Source of the DNA: an uncultured archaeon
GTDB taxonomy: Archaea; Asgardarchaeota; Thorarchaeia; Thorarchaeales; Thorarchaeaceae
Assembly (NCBI GenBank): GCA_964473825.1
Contig: CAYYQL010000025.1
Span: 1 to 34,872 of the forward strand
DNA: 34,872 nt
Reading direction: 5' to 3'
This document shows positions 1 to 8,846 of the stretch, in pieces. The notes under the pieces were generated by a model that saw nothing but the letters and a program-made list of their open reading frames with translations, did not search any database and had not been told where the DNA came from. The translations under genes were made by a program, and so were the position numbers. Position 1 is the stretch's first letter. Each line of letters begins with the position of its first letter.

Positions 1-268
1 AGGACATGTGTACAAAGTGAATCTTATCCTTGTAGCGCGGAATCTCTTTCTCAAGGAGCTCGAGCGAGTTCGATACGATGCGAGGATGCATCCAGTCCTC
101 GTAGTCCATGATTCTGCCCCACCGCTTTGACATGTTCATCGCATAACAGGGGTACTTGCACCCGTGGGCACATCCCAGAATGTGATTTATCGTGAAATCG
201 CCGTACTCCACCTCGGTCTTGTAGAGGAGGGTCTTACGCTTGATGGAGGGAAATGCGTCGAAGTACAC
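1..268 (-). CDS. Radical SAM protein (SPL/Rv2578c-like), N-terminal part; runs off the window edge
   Basis: Not in the ORF track. Manual translation from GTG at 268 gives VYFDAFPSIKRKTLLYKTEVEYGDFTINHILGCAHGCKYPCYAMNMSKRWGRIMDYEDWMHPRIVSNSLELLEKEIPRYKDKIHFVHMS, open to base 1. It has a three-Cys motif (GCAHGCKYPCYA). Confidence 0.8.
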   Translation of the reverse strand, partial: MYFDAFPSIKRKTLLYKTEVEYGDFTINHILGCAHGCKYPCYAMNMSKRWGRIMDYEDWMHPRIVSNSLELLEKEIPRYKDKIHFVHMS

Positions 269-318
269 TCGGTTTTCTGGGCGAAGATCATCCGAAACGA
301 GAGGGAATCAGAAGAGAG

Positions 319-477
319 TTGAGGCATCCGGTTTTGTCATGTCGTCCTTTGATGAATTCTTGCCGGCCCTGTTCTTTGTGAAGGCCTTTCTTCGCTTGTC
401 CAATGTCAGGCTCTCCCAAGAAGACACATGTTTTCTGAAGAGAAGACAAAGTCGGCAGCAAGTGCACTCGGCTCGAC
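319..477. repeat. Diverged direct repeat, copy A (~160 bp)
   Basis: Hand alignment to 5889-6052 gives roughly 80% identity with small indels. Shared blocks include ttgatgaattcttgccgg, tgaaggcctt, gcttgtccaatgtca, tctcccaagaag, tgaagagaaga and tcggctcgac. Confidence 0.9.
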
Positions 478-480
478 CCG

Positions 481-793
481 CTGCGAGTGCCTGGAGGTGG
501 AGGACAACGATCACGACATAGGAGTTGGAGATATCGAGGGTCACCGGTTCATGGCGGTGAACGTGAAGTTGTTCCTGTCGGAGCGGGACGGGTCGGTGGT
601 ACACAGTAGTCCTGAGTATCGCCACGACCCCCACTGCACGGTGGTGATGGAGGCGGTGGGGAAGTGGGAGGCGGTGCAGGTGGCGGTGATGATGGACCCG
701 GGAGAGGTGGAGACGCTGGCCCAGGCGGGACGGGCGGCTGGTGTCCTTGGAGGAGCTGGTGAGGGTGTTGCAGTTCGGGGCCCTTGGCAGCTA
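481..793 (+). pseudogene. GC-rich coding-like fragment with a probable frameshift
   Basis: Strong GNG/GNC codon pattern (…EVEDNDHDIGVGDIEGHRFMAVNVKLFLSERDG…GEVETLAQAG). It continues in another frame as RLVSLEELVRVLQFGALGS*. No convincing start of its own. Confidence 0.35.
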
Positions 794-1026
794 GGGAGGT
801 TTCCACGTGGAAGCCGGTGGCGCCATGGCCATGACAATCGTGAAGGCGTGTTCAGCTTTGAGAAACTGGGCGCAGCATGCTCTCCAGGAGCTTTCTGGGA
901 GAGAGGGGGGGTGTGCGGGAGATGCCCGCAAGACGCAACTTAATGAGAGCTCCTTAAATTCCATCCTAAGGAAACATTTAGATATCCGAATGTGATTCAC
1001 CATATAGTAAGAGGCTGCCAGAAAGG

Positions 1027-2136
1027 ATGAACGGGACACTTGAAATACCCAAAACGAATTCTTCTGATAACGAAATCGAATATGATATCCCAACTACGCG
1101 GTACATTGGAAGCAAGAGGCGCTTTCTTGACTTCCTTCACGCGTCTACAAAGCACCTAGTAAGTAATGACACCGTTGCTTTGGATCTATTTGGAGGCTCG
1201 GGGATAGTCAGTTATCACCTGAAGCGACTCGGTGCGACCGTTTTCTATAACGATTACCTGAGGTTCAACTGGTGGATTGGAAAGGCGCTCATAGAAAACG
1301 ATGCCGCCCAATTATCCAAAGCAGACATTGATTCCTTATTAGAGGTCAAGTCCGGACGCAACTACCCATCTTTCATTCAGGACACCTTCATAGATTGCTA
1401 TTATACGGATGCGGAGAACAAATGGCTGGACATAGTAAGCACAAATATTCGTCGCCTGAGAAAGGACTCGAAGAAGGCAGCAGCATACTATGCACTCTTT
1501 CAAGCTTGCATGATCAAGAGGCCGTGGAATATCTTCAATAGAGCGAACCTATCCTTTCGATTTGAAGAGCGAAGACGTAGTTTCGGTAATAAGACCACAT
1601 GGGATACCCCCTTCGAGGAGATGTTCCGCAGATTCTGCAAAGAGATTAATGCGGCAGCCTTTGGCAACGAGCATGAAAACAGAGCATTGAATGAGCGTGT
1701 AGAGGATATGTTACTGGTCAGAATCAGACCAAGACCAGACATTGTATATATCGACCCTCCCAGTGGAAGGTCTCCATCATCTCTCTTGGATTACTATGAC
1801 CTGTATCACTTTCTAGAGGGATTAGCTTACTACGAGATCTGGGGAAGCATGATCGACCCTGAATCCCCCATAAAGGGACTCACTCCAATCGAGAATTCAT
1901 GGAGCAGTCCCGATAAGCTGAAGAGCGCGTGGAAGAAGTGTCTAGAGTCATTCTCTCAAGCAACTCTGATAATCTCTTACCGAAGCCCGGGGTTTCCGAA
2001 ATTGAAATGGTTAGAAACTGAATTGAAGGCTATCGGCAAAGATGTTGAGATACACACGAAAAACGGTACTTCTCGGATGATAACGCCCTCGAACCAGAGG
2101 CCGGATATGTATGAACACATCATGATTGCGCAATAG
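1027..2136 (+). CDS. N6-adenine DNA methyltransferase (D12/Dam/FokI-like, alpha class) with atypical DPPS motif
   Basis: RYIGSK (motif X), DLFGGSG (motif I), YNDY (motif II) and DIVYIDPPS (motif IV position). Confidence 0.88.
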   Translation: MNGTLEIPKTNSSDNEIEYDIPTTRYIGSKRRFLDFLHASTKHLVSNDTVALDLFGGSGIVSYHLKRLGATVFYNDYLRFNWWIGKALIENDAAQLSKADIDSLLEVKSGRNYPSFIQDTFIDCYYTDAENKWLDIVSTNIRRLRKDSKKAAAYYALFQACMIKRPWNIFNRANLSFRFEERRRSFGNKTTWDTPFEEMFRRFCKEINAAAFGNEHENRALNERVEDMLLVRIRPRPDIVYIDPPSGRSPSSLLDYYDLYHFLEGLAYYEIWGSMIDPESPIKGLTPIENSWSSPDKLKSAWKKCLESFSQATLIISYRSPGFPKLKWLETELKAIGKDVEIHTKNGTSRMITPSNQRPDMYEHIMIAQ

Positions 2137-2230
2137 TATCACTATCCCGTTCAGAGATACAATGGTTCCTACCTTTGCACTTGGCAGACTGAGTGGCAAG
2201 AATCTCCATCAGGATTTTGGTCGCTAATAC

Positions 2231-2983
2231 TCAGGTACTTCTTGTTACGAATCTTCTCATGAAATCCTTCATGGCATCTTGGATTCCTATCTCAATTATC
2301 GCTTCTCGTTCTTCGGCATCAGCACTGCAAAAATGCTCATAGAAAGATGCGATAAGCATCATATTACTATGACAGACTACCGACTCGAATGCAGCTTTCC
2401 ACCACATGAATTCCTGAACCTTGTACTGTGGTGCAACAGCATCTGAGGTCTGAATAGATGAGCCTGAAGAGTGAACATAGGCGGAGTCGGTATGGTATTG
2501 ATTTTCCACCTTTTTCCTTAAGCACTCCGCATTATACTTCTGATCCATCTCATGAACTTTCGCAATCTTGAATATGATGCCGAGGTATTTACGAAAAGAT
2601 GAAAGATACCCCCATTTTCTTCCGGTCCACCATTTGTACTCCAAAGGGTGGAAAGCAAAGAAGATGAGTTGTACGGTGGATTCCAAATAGCTTCTTAGAC
2701 ACATTCTCGCATATTTGTATAGTCCTTGAAGTGCTAGAACAATCGATGTGAACAGGTCCATGAACATCTCATCCATGAACCTTTTGGCAATCTTAACTCC
2801 CTTCTCAGGAACCGAATATGCAAGGCAAGTCGTCCATTTAGCTTGCAGCTCGGTCTTCTTCATCAGTTCGATGATTACATCCCTATGCGCATTCAAGGTC
2901 ATGTCCCAATTCGTGCCCAGTGATCTATTGGATGTTTCTAACCTTTTGATGGAATCGTTCTCAGAGTCGGACATTTCATTCAC
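2231..2983 (-). CDS. Alpha-helical HEPN-like protein (DUF5677/Cthe_2314-like)
   Basis: GLYKYARMCLRSYLE…F…HP and a C-terminal YHTDSAYVHS (Y-x3-S-x2-VH) pattern. Start overlaps the upstream stop by 4 nt. Confidence 0.55.
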   Translation of the reverse strand: MNEMSDSENDSIKRLETSNRSLGTNWDMTLNAHRDVIIELMKKTELQAKWTTCLAYSVPEKGVKIAKRFMDEMFMDLFTSIVLALQGLYKYARMCLRSYLESTVQLIFFAFHPLEYKWWTGRKWGYLSSFRKYLGIIFKIAKVHEMDQKYNAECLRKKVENQYHTDSAYVHSSGSSIQTSDAVAPQYKVQEFMWWKAAFESVVCHSNMMLIASFYEHFCSADAEEREAIIEIGIQDAMKDFMRRFVTRST

Positions 2984-3702
2984 TTCCTTGTGAGATATGC
3001 GATTGAATGGATTTGGTTTTCTTGTTTGAGAGTCATCGACGATTTGGATGAAGAGTCAATTGACATATCGTATTTCCTAGTGAGCTCTTCAAGTATTTCT
3101 TCAATTGATGAACCAAAATCACCCTCAGAAGAGGGAATGGCTATACCTGCCCATCCACTCTTGTGAATACGGTCTGATTCATCTTTAAGAGCTGCGAAAT
3201 CCACAGAATCGGAAGGAAGTGCAGTTGTATATATTATCACGAAACCACGCAAATTGGCACACTTTGATAGTTTTCCGATGAAACGTTCTATAGACACTAA
3301 CTCGCGACAGATGTATTCAGGATGATTGGCCTTATTTGGACGCTGCGAAGCAAAATCGAAGTTGAGCACATGATAGCAGACTTTGGAACCCAGATCACTG
3401 AAATCGCCAGAATAGAAGGTATCCCTAAAGCTCTTTCCTCCATGGAGAGTGATGTTGCCCTCCGCGGGGAGGCCCCACATATCCAGATGGCCTCCTCCCC
3501 ATGCTGTGATATTCTTGTGTGTTGATAACTCCGTATTGACAAATCTCTCTATCTCATGACAATTGGCGGCACTGGTCAATGTCAGGATTTCTAGTTTCTT
3601 GTTCTTTTGAAGTCGAGGTTGAAGATAGTCCGCAGCAGATTTCACGACAGGAAACCAGAGGTTATTGATGAGAGTATCTTTGCACTCTTGAAGGTATCCC
3701 AA
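2980..3702 (-). CDS. Hypothetical protein, possible SAM-dependent methyltransferase-like (Rossmann) fold
   Basis: 240-aa ORF coupled to both neighbours. LEILTLTSA resembles strand 1/motif I and YHVLNFDF resembles strand 4. The fold call is weak. Confidence 0.45.
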   Translation of the reverse strand: MGYLQECKDTLINNLWFPVVKSAADYLQPRLQKNKKLEILTLTSAANCHEIERFVNTELSTHKNITAWGGGHLDMWGLPAEGNITLHGGKSFRDTFYSGDFSDLGSKVCYHVLNFDFASQRPNKANHPEYICRELVSIERFIGKLSKCANLRGFVIIYTTALPSDSVDFAALKDESDRIHKSGWAGIAIPSSEGDFGSSIEEILEELTRKYDMSIDSSSKSSMTLKQENQIHSIAYLTRK

Positions 3703-3707
3703 TCCCT

Positions 3708-5405
3708 CTACCTCCTGGGGAGATTGGTTATCAAATCGTATAGCATCCTTGCTGGATCACCATCTTCTATTCCCGACTGAAGTAGGAGAAGACCCCCAAG
3801 AGTGAGATACTTGATTGTTTCGTGATCTAGGCCTGATTTGAAAACAGGATGTTTGCGGTTATAGACAACCATCCTCCCGTTTGATATCCTGCAGACAGAC
3901 TCCAGTGTTTCGGCTGCATCCCAAGAATCGTATGAAACAGAGTATTCTCGACCATATACTGTAATCTGTTCTTCTCTTTCCTCGGGACTGACGATGATTG
4001 TTATCTTCTTTGACTCGGGTTCGATTCTAACCGGAGATTCTTTCTGGCGTATTTCGGCAGTTCGCTTTCTAACCGTATACTCAGTGGTTTGCTCTAGGAC
4101 CTGATTTAGCTTCTCAGCATACTGTGAATATATTCCACGTTTTCCTTTGGGTTGATCCGGACGTGGAATTCTCACCCGACTTCTATCAATTTGAACAATA
4201 CCGCTTTTCTTCATTTCACGGATTACTTTCTTCTCCTGAGGAATCCCAGAAAGCGCAGTGTATATTTTCTTATCATGAGATGCTATTCGCTCCAGCTCAT
4301 TACTCCAATCTGTCAGTTTCTTTCGAAAGAATTCAGCAAGTCTGTCATAGTCCTCAGTATAGGAGAAACGGTCGCGGTCAATGAGCAGCTCGTTCCCCAA
4401 TCCCTTAAGAATATGAATCTCACCAGTGAGATAATTGAGTTTCCCGAGAACCCTTCCCCTAATCTTGATCACATCAAAGTCTGTTGGGAAACCAATTGCC
4501 ACATTTCTTAGCCTCAGCTGCAATCCGCGAGCTTCTTGTGGCCTGACGGGCTCTAACGGACTCATTATCACGTATCTTACTTCAACTCCCCCGAAAGTTT
4601 CTGACCCTTTTTCAAGGATTTGAGCCTTTTCCACTACATTTCGCTCCAGCTCTGTGCCGTCCAGCCAGACCCTGAAGTTGCCTCTATGGTTTGACCCGAA
4701 GAATGATTCGAGCTTTCCCCTTCCTTCGGGGTACCTCAGTGGAAGATACTGACTAAGAGTCCATTTGAATTTGCCATACCCCGATAGCTGATCAATCGTG
4801 GTTCTTCGAGTACTCTTTCCTTTCGATCGCAGCCAATCCATAATGTGAGGTTTGATTCCGTTGAGATACAGTATGGTTTCACCCATATCTATGGGGTGGT
4901 CCGTCTTCCTGCGTTTCACAGGAATGGGGATTTCTTCGATAGTCTTTTTTTCTCCCCGGAGGAATTCTCTTGTGAATTCTCGCGCATCAATCCATGCTTC
5001 AACGAGAGTCCTTTCACCGCGTTTCTTGGTGATTAGGTGTATTTCCTCACAATAGGGAAAGACGGCGAGATTCCCGATTCCGAACTGCCCTATACGGGTC
5101 CGACCCATTGGCGTCTTAGTCCCAGATTCCTTTGATTCCCCAATTCTAAGATATGTATTCTTGAGGTCTTTGTACGTCATTCCATTCCCATTATCTCGAA
5201 TTATGAACCGGTTCTGTTTCAGATCTAGACGAATCTTTACTTCGGTAGCATCAGCATCATAAGAATTGGATATCAGTTCTTTCACCGCTAAGCCGAAATT
5301 ACGATATAGACCAATACTAAGACGATTTACAATACCTGGAGATACTTTCAGACGTTCTTCGCTTTCTATCTCGTTTGGTGCTGTGCTTTCTGTTTCGGAT
5401 GGCAT
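3708..5405 (-). CDS. GHKL (MORC/HATPase_c_3-type) ATPase
   Basis: AVKELISNSYDADA (N box), IRDNGNGM (G1), IGQFGIG (G2), GETIL, an S5-like region and C-terminal VYNRKHPVF. Probable ATG at 5405; the track start is 5441. Confidence 0.9.
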   Translation of the reverse strand: MPSETESTAPNEIESEERLKVSPGIVNRLSIGLYRNFGLAVKELISNSYDADATEVKIRLDLKQNRFIIRDNGNGMTYKDLKNTYLRIGESKESGTKTPMGRTRIGQFGIGNLAVFPYCEEIHLITKKRGERTLVEAWIDAREFTREFLRGEKKTIEEIPIPVKRRKTDHPIDMGETILYLNGIKPHIMDWLRSKGKSTRRTTIDQLSGYGKFKWTLSQYLPLRYPEGRGKLESFFGSNHRGNFRVWLDGTELERNVVEKAQILEKGSETFGGVEVRYVIMSPLEPVRPQEARGLQLRLRNVAIGFPTDFDVIKIRGRVLGKLNYLTGEIHILKGLGNELLIDRDRFSYTEDYDRLAEFFRKKLTDWSNELERIASHDKKIYTALSGIPQEKKVIREMKKSGIVQIDRSRVRIPRPDQPKGKRGIYSQYAEKLNQVLEQTTEYTVRKRTAEIRQKESPVRIEPESKKITIIVSPEEREEQITVYGREYSVSYDSWDAAETLESVCRISNGRMVVYNRKHPVFKSGLDHETIKYLTLGGLLLLQSGIEDGDPARMLYDLITNLPRR

Positions 5406-5429
5406 GGTTGATATCACCAGATTCCTATT

Positions 5430-5888
5430 GTTCTGCAGCAATCAATTTCAACGAAACCTTCGGAGTACTGAAACACGTAATCGACTCCCAAAGGAGCTTG
5501 TACTTCGTCGCTTCAGCGTTGTCTCCCAGCACCTTGGTGCCCTGGAGCTCGATTCGATAAGGTTCGAAGAGTCTGATCAAGTATCCTTTCTTGCCGTAGA
5601 GCAGTCCCTTAATTGCCGTCGCCTTGACCTCCGTACCTCAGTAGGATATTCAGGATACGCGCCGGTATATCTTTCTTCCGCAGCCCCTGTCTGGAGTCAT
5701 TCCGACCCCTATGGGAAACAGCATCCGCGAGACCCATCGGTTCTGAGGCGATAGAGTTTCTATCGAGGCCATCTGCGAGAAGATGAAATCGGATGTCAAG
5801 TTCCAGCTCGATATGGCGCACTCGTTGTCAGGTTGACAAGATTGGAGCTCCCTCAAGTCCTACACGACGACCAGCAGCCAGAGGACAA
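5430..5888 (-). pseudogene. Degraded gene remnant continuous with repeat copy B
   Basis: Protein-like stretches in shifting frames (RHIELELDIRFHLLADGL…; EVKATAIKGLLYGKKGYLIRLFEPYRIELQG…) interrupted by stops. Confidence 0.3.
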
Positions 5889-6052
5889 TTGAGGCATCTG
5901 GTTCTGTGCTGTCGTCCCTTGATGAATTCTTGCCGGATCCTGTTCTGTCTGAAGGCCTTCCCCTTGCTTGTCCAATGTCATAGTCTCCCAAGAAGGTACA
6001 TGTTCCATGAAGAGAAGAATACAACATCGGCGGCAACTACATTCGGCTCGAC
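5889..6052. repeat. Diverged direct repeat, copy B
   Basis: Aligns with 319-477. It begins about 7 bp after the stop codon of the HEPN gene on the minus strand. Confidence 0.9.
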
Positions 6053-6059
6053 TCCATAT

Positions 6060-6758
6060 TCATGGTAGGATGCCAGCAACATAGTTACTAAGCTGAGCAT
6101 CAAGGAGCCTTGCCAGTATCTCCATGAATTTAACGGATTCCCTAAGAGTACTGCGCCCTATCTCAAGTGCCTTGCCCGTATGAGCCACGCTATTTCGTCT
6201 AGTGACAATATCGTCGAGGAGTCCGCCTATACTCCTATCGTCAATAGGGCATTTCCATCTTCGTTCAAACACAGGCTGGATTCGTTGCAGAATGTCAGGT
6301 ATTCCAATGTTTCGATACATTTTGCACACAACTTTCGCTCTTGGATTACCCTCGGTTTCCAAGAATGCATTAGTGAGCAACAGGTCTGCACCGATCTTTC
6401 TGCAAGTTTCCAGTACTGCGTCAATGTTGTCCTTCGTCCATTGAACTCCTTCGTGAAGGGAACCCTGGATTGCCAGTCTTAGGTTTGCAAAAACATTCCT
6501 CGTCCCGAACTCATCTGGAAGTTCGGAGCTCCTCACGTTTGCCGCACTTATTCTTGACAAGTGCTCTTCAAAGCAATTCCTGAGAAACTCTTCAAAGGAT
6601 GCAACCAGAAGCACAACCGCGCCTCCTCTCAGGCCCTCTGAAGTGTTCCTCTGATCAACCAAAGGAGGATTCTTACAGAGATTCCGTTCGATATTGAGAA
6701 GGATCCAAACCATATCCAGCGAGGACAGGAACTCCCGAAGGGATTCGGAGTCAGTCAT
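6060..6758 (-). CDS. HEPN-domain ribonuclease (RiboL-PSP-HEPN/MAE_28990-like)
   Basis: AVVLLVASFEEFLR N-terminal motif, EGNP and RRNSVAH (RxxxxH). Likely ATG at 6758, 4 nt after the DUF262 stop. Confidence 0.85.
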   Translation of the reverse strand: MTDSESLREFLSSLDMVWILLNIERNLCKNPPLVDQRNTSEGLRGGAVVLLVASFEEFLRNCFEEHLSRISAANVRSSELPDEFGTRNVFANLRLAIQGSLHEGVQWTKDNIDAVLETCRKIGADLLLTNAFLETEGNPRAKVVCKMYRNIGIPDILQRIQPVFERRWKCPIDDRSIGGLLDDIVTRRNSVAHTGKALEIGRSTLRESVKFMEILARLLDAQLSNYVAGILP

Positions 6759-6762
6759 ATGA

Positions 6763-7893
6763 CTACTCACCAACAACATCATGGAGCATTTTTCGTACCA
6801 TCTGGATGCGTCCGTTGAAGTGCGTCGGTGTGTTTGTTGAGACCGATATGTACTGCTGGAAGTCTTCGTTCTCAAAGAGCTTTTTCATCTCTTCTAGAAT
6901 CTGCTCCTGCTTCGGACGGGCGCTATCCGATGATATCTCCATGCATGAGAACATTTGAGCGTCATAGAGGGCTGCAAGGATGCGATCAATCCACTCTCCC
7001 TTCTGGGGATTCCACCTCCGAAATGCGTGCACTCCAAAGCACGCTTCGACAGAACCAAGAGTGGCCAGGAAGTCTTCCCTAGTAGCCTTCAGTTGTTCCT
7101 CATCCATGTGCCTATTTGCCGCCATATACTCTGTCATCTGGTTCCGCTGACGACTAGTGAAGGATGAGATATCATCGCGAAACGTGAGGTACCTAAGTAC
7201 AAACTCAACATCTCGCATCTGAACCCACATCCTCGATTTCTCACGTTCTTCTATGCCCAAGAGTGCATGAAACTGAGGCACTTGTGAAACTTCGAGGAGC
7301 ATATCATTGAAGGGGCCTGTGAAGGCCGCGTTTCTGATCTCCTGTGCGTTGAGAGGGACACCTCCTGTATTTAGCCTCATGAATGTTTCAAATTTGACAT
7401 CAGGATCTGTCTGCCTCAGAATCAGTATAGCCTTGAGTTTCTGTCTGGATTTGATTACCCGCTTGTACTTCGGAGCCAATTCGTCAAAGGATTTGTTGTT
7501 AAGCTCTGAGAATATAGTCAGCCCACTCAGTTCCAGTTGACCCGAGATGAATTCCGATATTGCCAGCAACCTTTGTTTTCCGTCTATAACAGAGTACTCA
7601 CCCAGCTCGTCCTCATTGAGATAGATTGGGGGAACTGGAACATTCATGATGAACGACTCGATTAGTGCTGACTTCTTCCTTATATTCCACCGATGACGTC
7701 GTTGATACTCCGGCTTGAGGTCTATCTCCCCATCTTCTACCATCTGCGCCAATTGTCCCAGTGTATAGTCAATCTCAGTTATGAAGACCTCCCGATTCAA
7801 CATTTCCCACAGTTTGGCATCCAGAGGTGCCTCTTCTTTGGTTTCCTCATCGAATTCTTCTATATCGTCTACAAGTTCTTCATCGTTTGGCAT
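6763..7893 (-). CDS. DUF262 (GmrS/ParB-Srx-like) domain protein
   Basis: PEYQRRHRW, SALIES, VPPIYL, VIDGKQRL and FMRLNTGGVPL motifs. ATG at 7893 follows a GGGGTG RBS-like sequence. Confidence 0.92.
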   Translation of the reverse strand: MPNDEELVDDIEEFDEETKEEAPLDAKLWEMLNREVFITEIDYTLGQLAQMVEDGEIDLKPEYQRRHRWNIRKKSALIESFIMNVPVPPIYLNEDELGEYSVIDGKQRLLAISEFISGQLELSGLTIFSELNNKSFDELAPKYKRVIKSRQKLKAILILRQTDPDVKFETFMRLNTGGVPLNAQEIRNAAFTGPFNDMLLEVSQVPQFHALLGIEEREKSRMWVQMRDVEFVLRYLTFRDDISSFTSRQRNQMTEYMAANRHMDEEQLKATREDFLATLGSVEACFGVHAFRRWNPQKGEWIDRILAALYDAQMFSCMEISSDSARPKQEQILEEMKKLFENEDFQQYISVSTNTPTHFNGRIQMVRKMLHDVVGE

Positions 7894-7970
7894 TTTCACA
7901 CCCCTCAATGACTACCTGCAGCAGGGGCTTCAATTCATATAGGCTTTCTTCCCTTGTTTCAGTAGCTGAA

Positions 7971-8846
7971 TCAGCGACGGAAGCAGGGGGCAACTCCCGT
8001 CTTCTGCTCTTCCATAAGTCGGAACTCCAGCTCATACTCAAGATGTTGAAGGTTCTCACTGATTGACTTGCGAGCTATTATGAAGTATTCTTGGTCCGTT
8101 TCAATGCCGATGCTCGAACGTCCGTGCCGAATTGCAGCCAATATTGTGGTCCCTGTTCCCACGAACGGATCAAGAACTGTGTCCCCCACGAAGGAATACA
8201 TTCGCACTAGGCGTTCAGCCAGTTCTAAGGGGAACGGGGCAGGATGCTGGGGGTGGGATGCACCTCCAATGTCCGTCCAGACTTGAGTGAACCAATTCAT
8301 GAATTCATCACGCGGTATTCTGCTCTTCTCCTTCTGCATCTTCGTGGGGCTGCGGTAGCCTCCAGGCTTTCTGAGCATGAGGATGAACTCCATGTCATTC
8401 TTCACTATCGCATTCGGCTGATACGGCTGCCCGAGGATATTTGACCGGGTGTTAGCCTCGAAGTTCGCACTGCCGATCTTATACCAGATGATAGGTGTTA
8501 GATTATCGAAGCCAATTCGTCTGGCAGCGACTTGGATGTCTGCATGAAGAGGAATGAGTCGATGCCTTCCATGACTTCTTCTTGACAGAAGAACATCACC
8601 CACAACGACTACGGCCCTGCCACCGGGGACCAAGACCCTGAGGCATTCGCTCCAAACTTTGTTGAGTTCATCAATGAATCTGTCATAATCCTCGATGGAT
8701 CCAAGCTGGTTCTCTCCGCCATTGTATTCTTTCAATGTCCAGTACGGTGGGGAGGTTAGAACCAAGTGAATGCTGTTATCTTCCAGAAATCCTAAATCTC
8801 TGGCGTCGCCAAGTCTCAGTTCATGAGTTGTCTTCAAGCGTTTCAT
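7971..8846 (-). CDS. Site-specific DNA methyltransferase, N4/N6 beta class (probably m4C)
   Basis: VLTSPPYW (motif IV) precedes HPAPFP and VLDPFVGTGTT (motif I). Confidence 0.95.
   Translation of the reverse strand: MKRLKTTHELRLGDARDLGFLEDNSIHLVLTSPPYWTLKEYNGGENQLGSIEDYDRFIDELNKVWSECLRVLVPGGRAVVVVGDVLLSRRSHGRHRLIPLHADIQVAARRIGFDNLTPIIWYKIGSANFEANTRSNILGQPYQPNAIVKNDMEFILMLRKPGGYRSPTKMQKEKSRIPRDEFMNWFTQVWTDIGGASHPQHPAPFPLELAERLVRMYSFVGDTVLDPFVGTGTTILAAIRHGRSSIGIETDQEYFIIARKSISENLQHLEYELEFRLMEEQKTGVAPCFRR

Noticed and set aside
1-268. Radical SAM gene as the activase for the truncated glycyl-radical enzyme
   Set aside because: The motif lacks the GCPLRCxxCxNP signature of GRE activases and resembles SPL-like proteins. 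It also lies 12 kb away inside the island.
269-634. Selenocysteine or readthrough at TGA 308-310 joining ORF 308-634 to the radical SAM frame
   Set aside because: The upstream ORF runs through repeat A and the antisense of the GC-rich fragment and does not look protein-like. A GTG start at 268 explains the gene.
5825-5839. Palindrome TTGTCA-GGT-TGACAA as another switch operator
   Set aside because: Half-site spacing is 2 bp shorter than in the 12136/12190 operators, and it lies in degraded sequence.
319-6052. Repeat pair as a DGR template/variable repeat, CRISPR or integron attC
   Set aside because: Mismatches are not adenine-specific and include indels. No reverse transcriptase, cas gene or integron integrase is in the window, there is no repeat-spacer periodicity, and I see no attC R-box structure.
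6759-6875. N-terminal extension of the HEPN ORF
   Set aside because: It overlaps the DUF262 3' end in another frame. The ATG at 6758 gives normal operon spacing.
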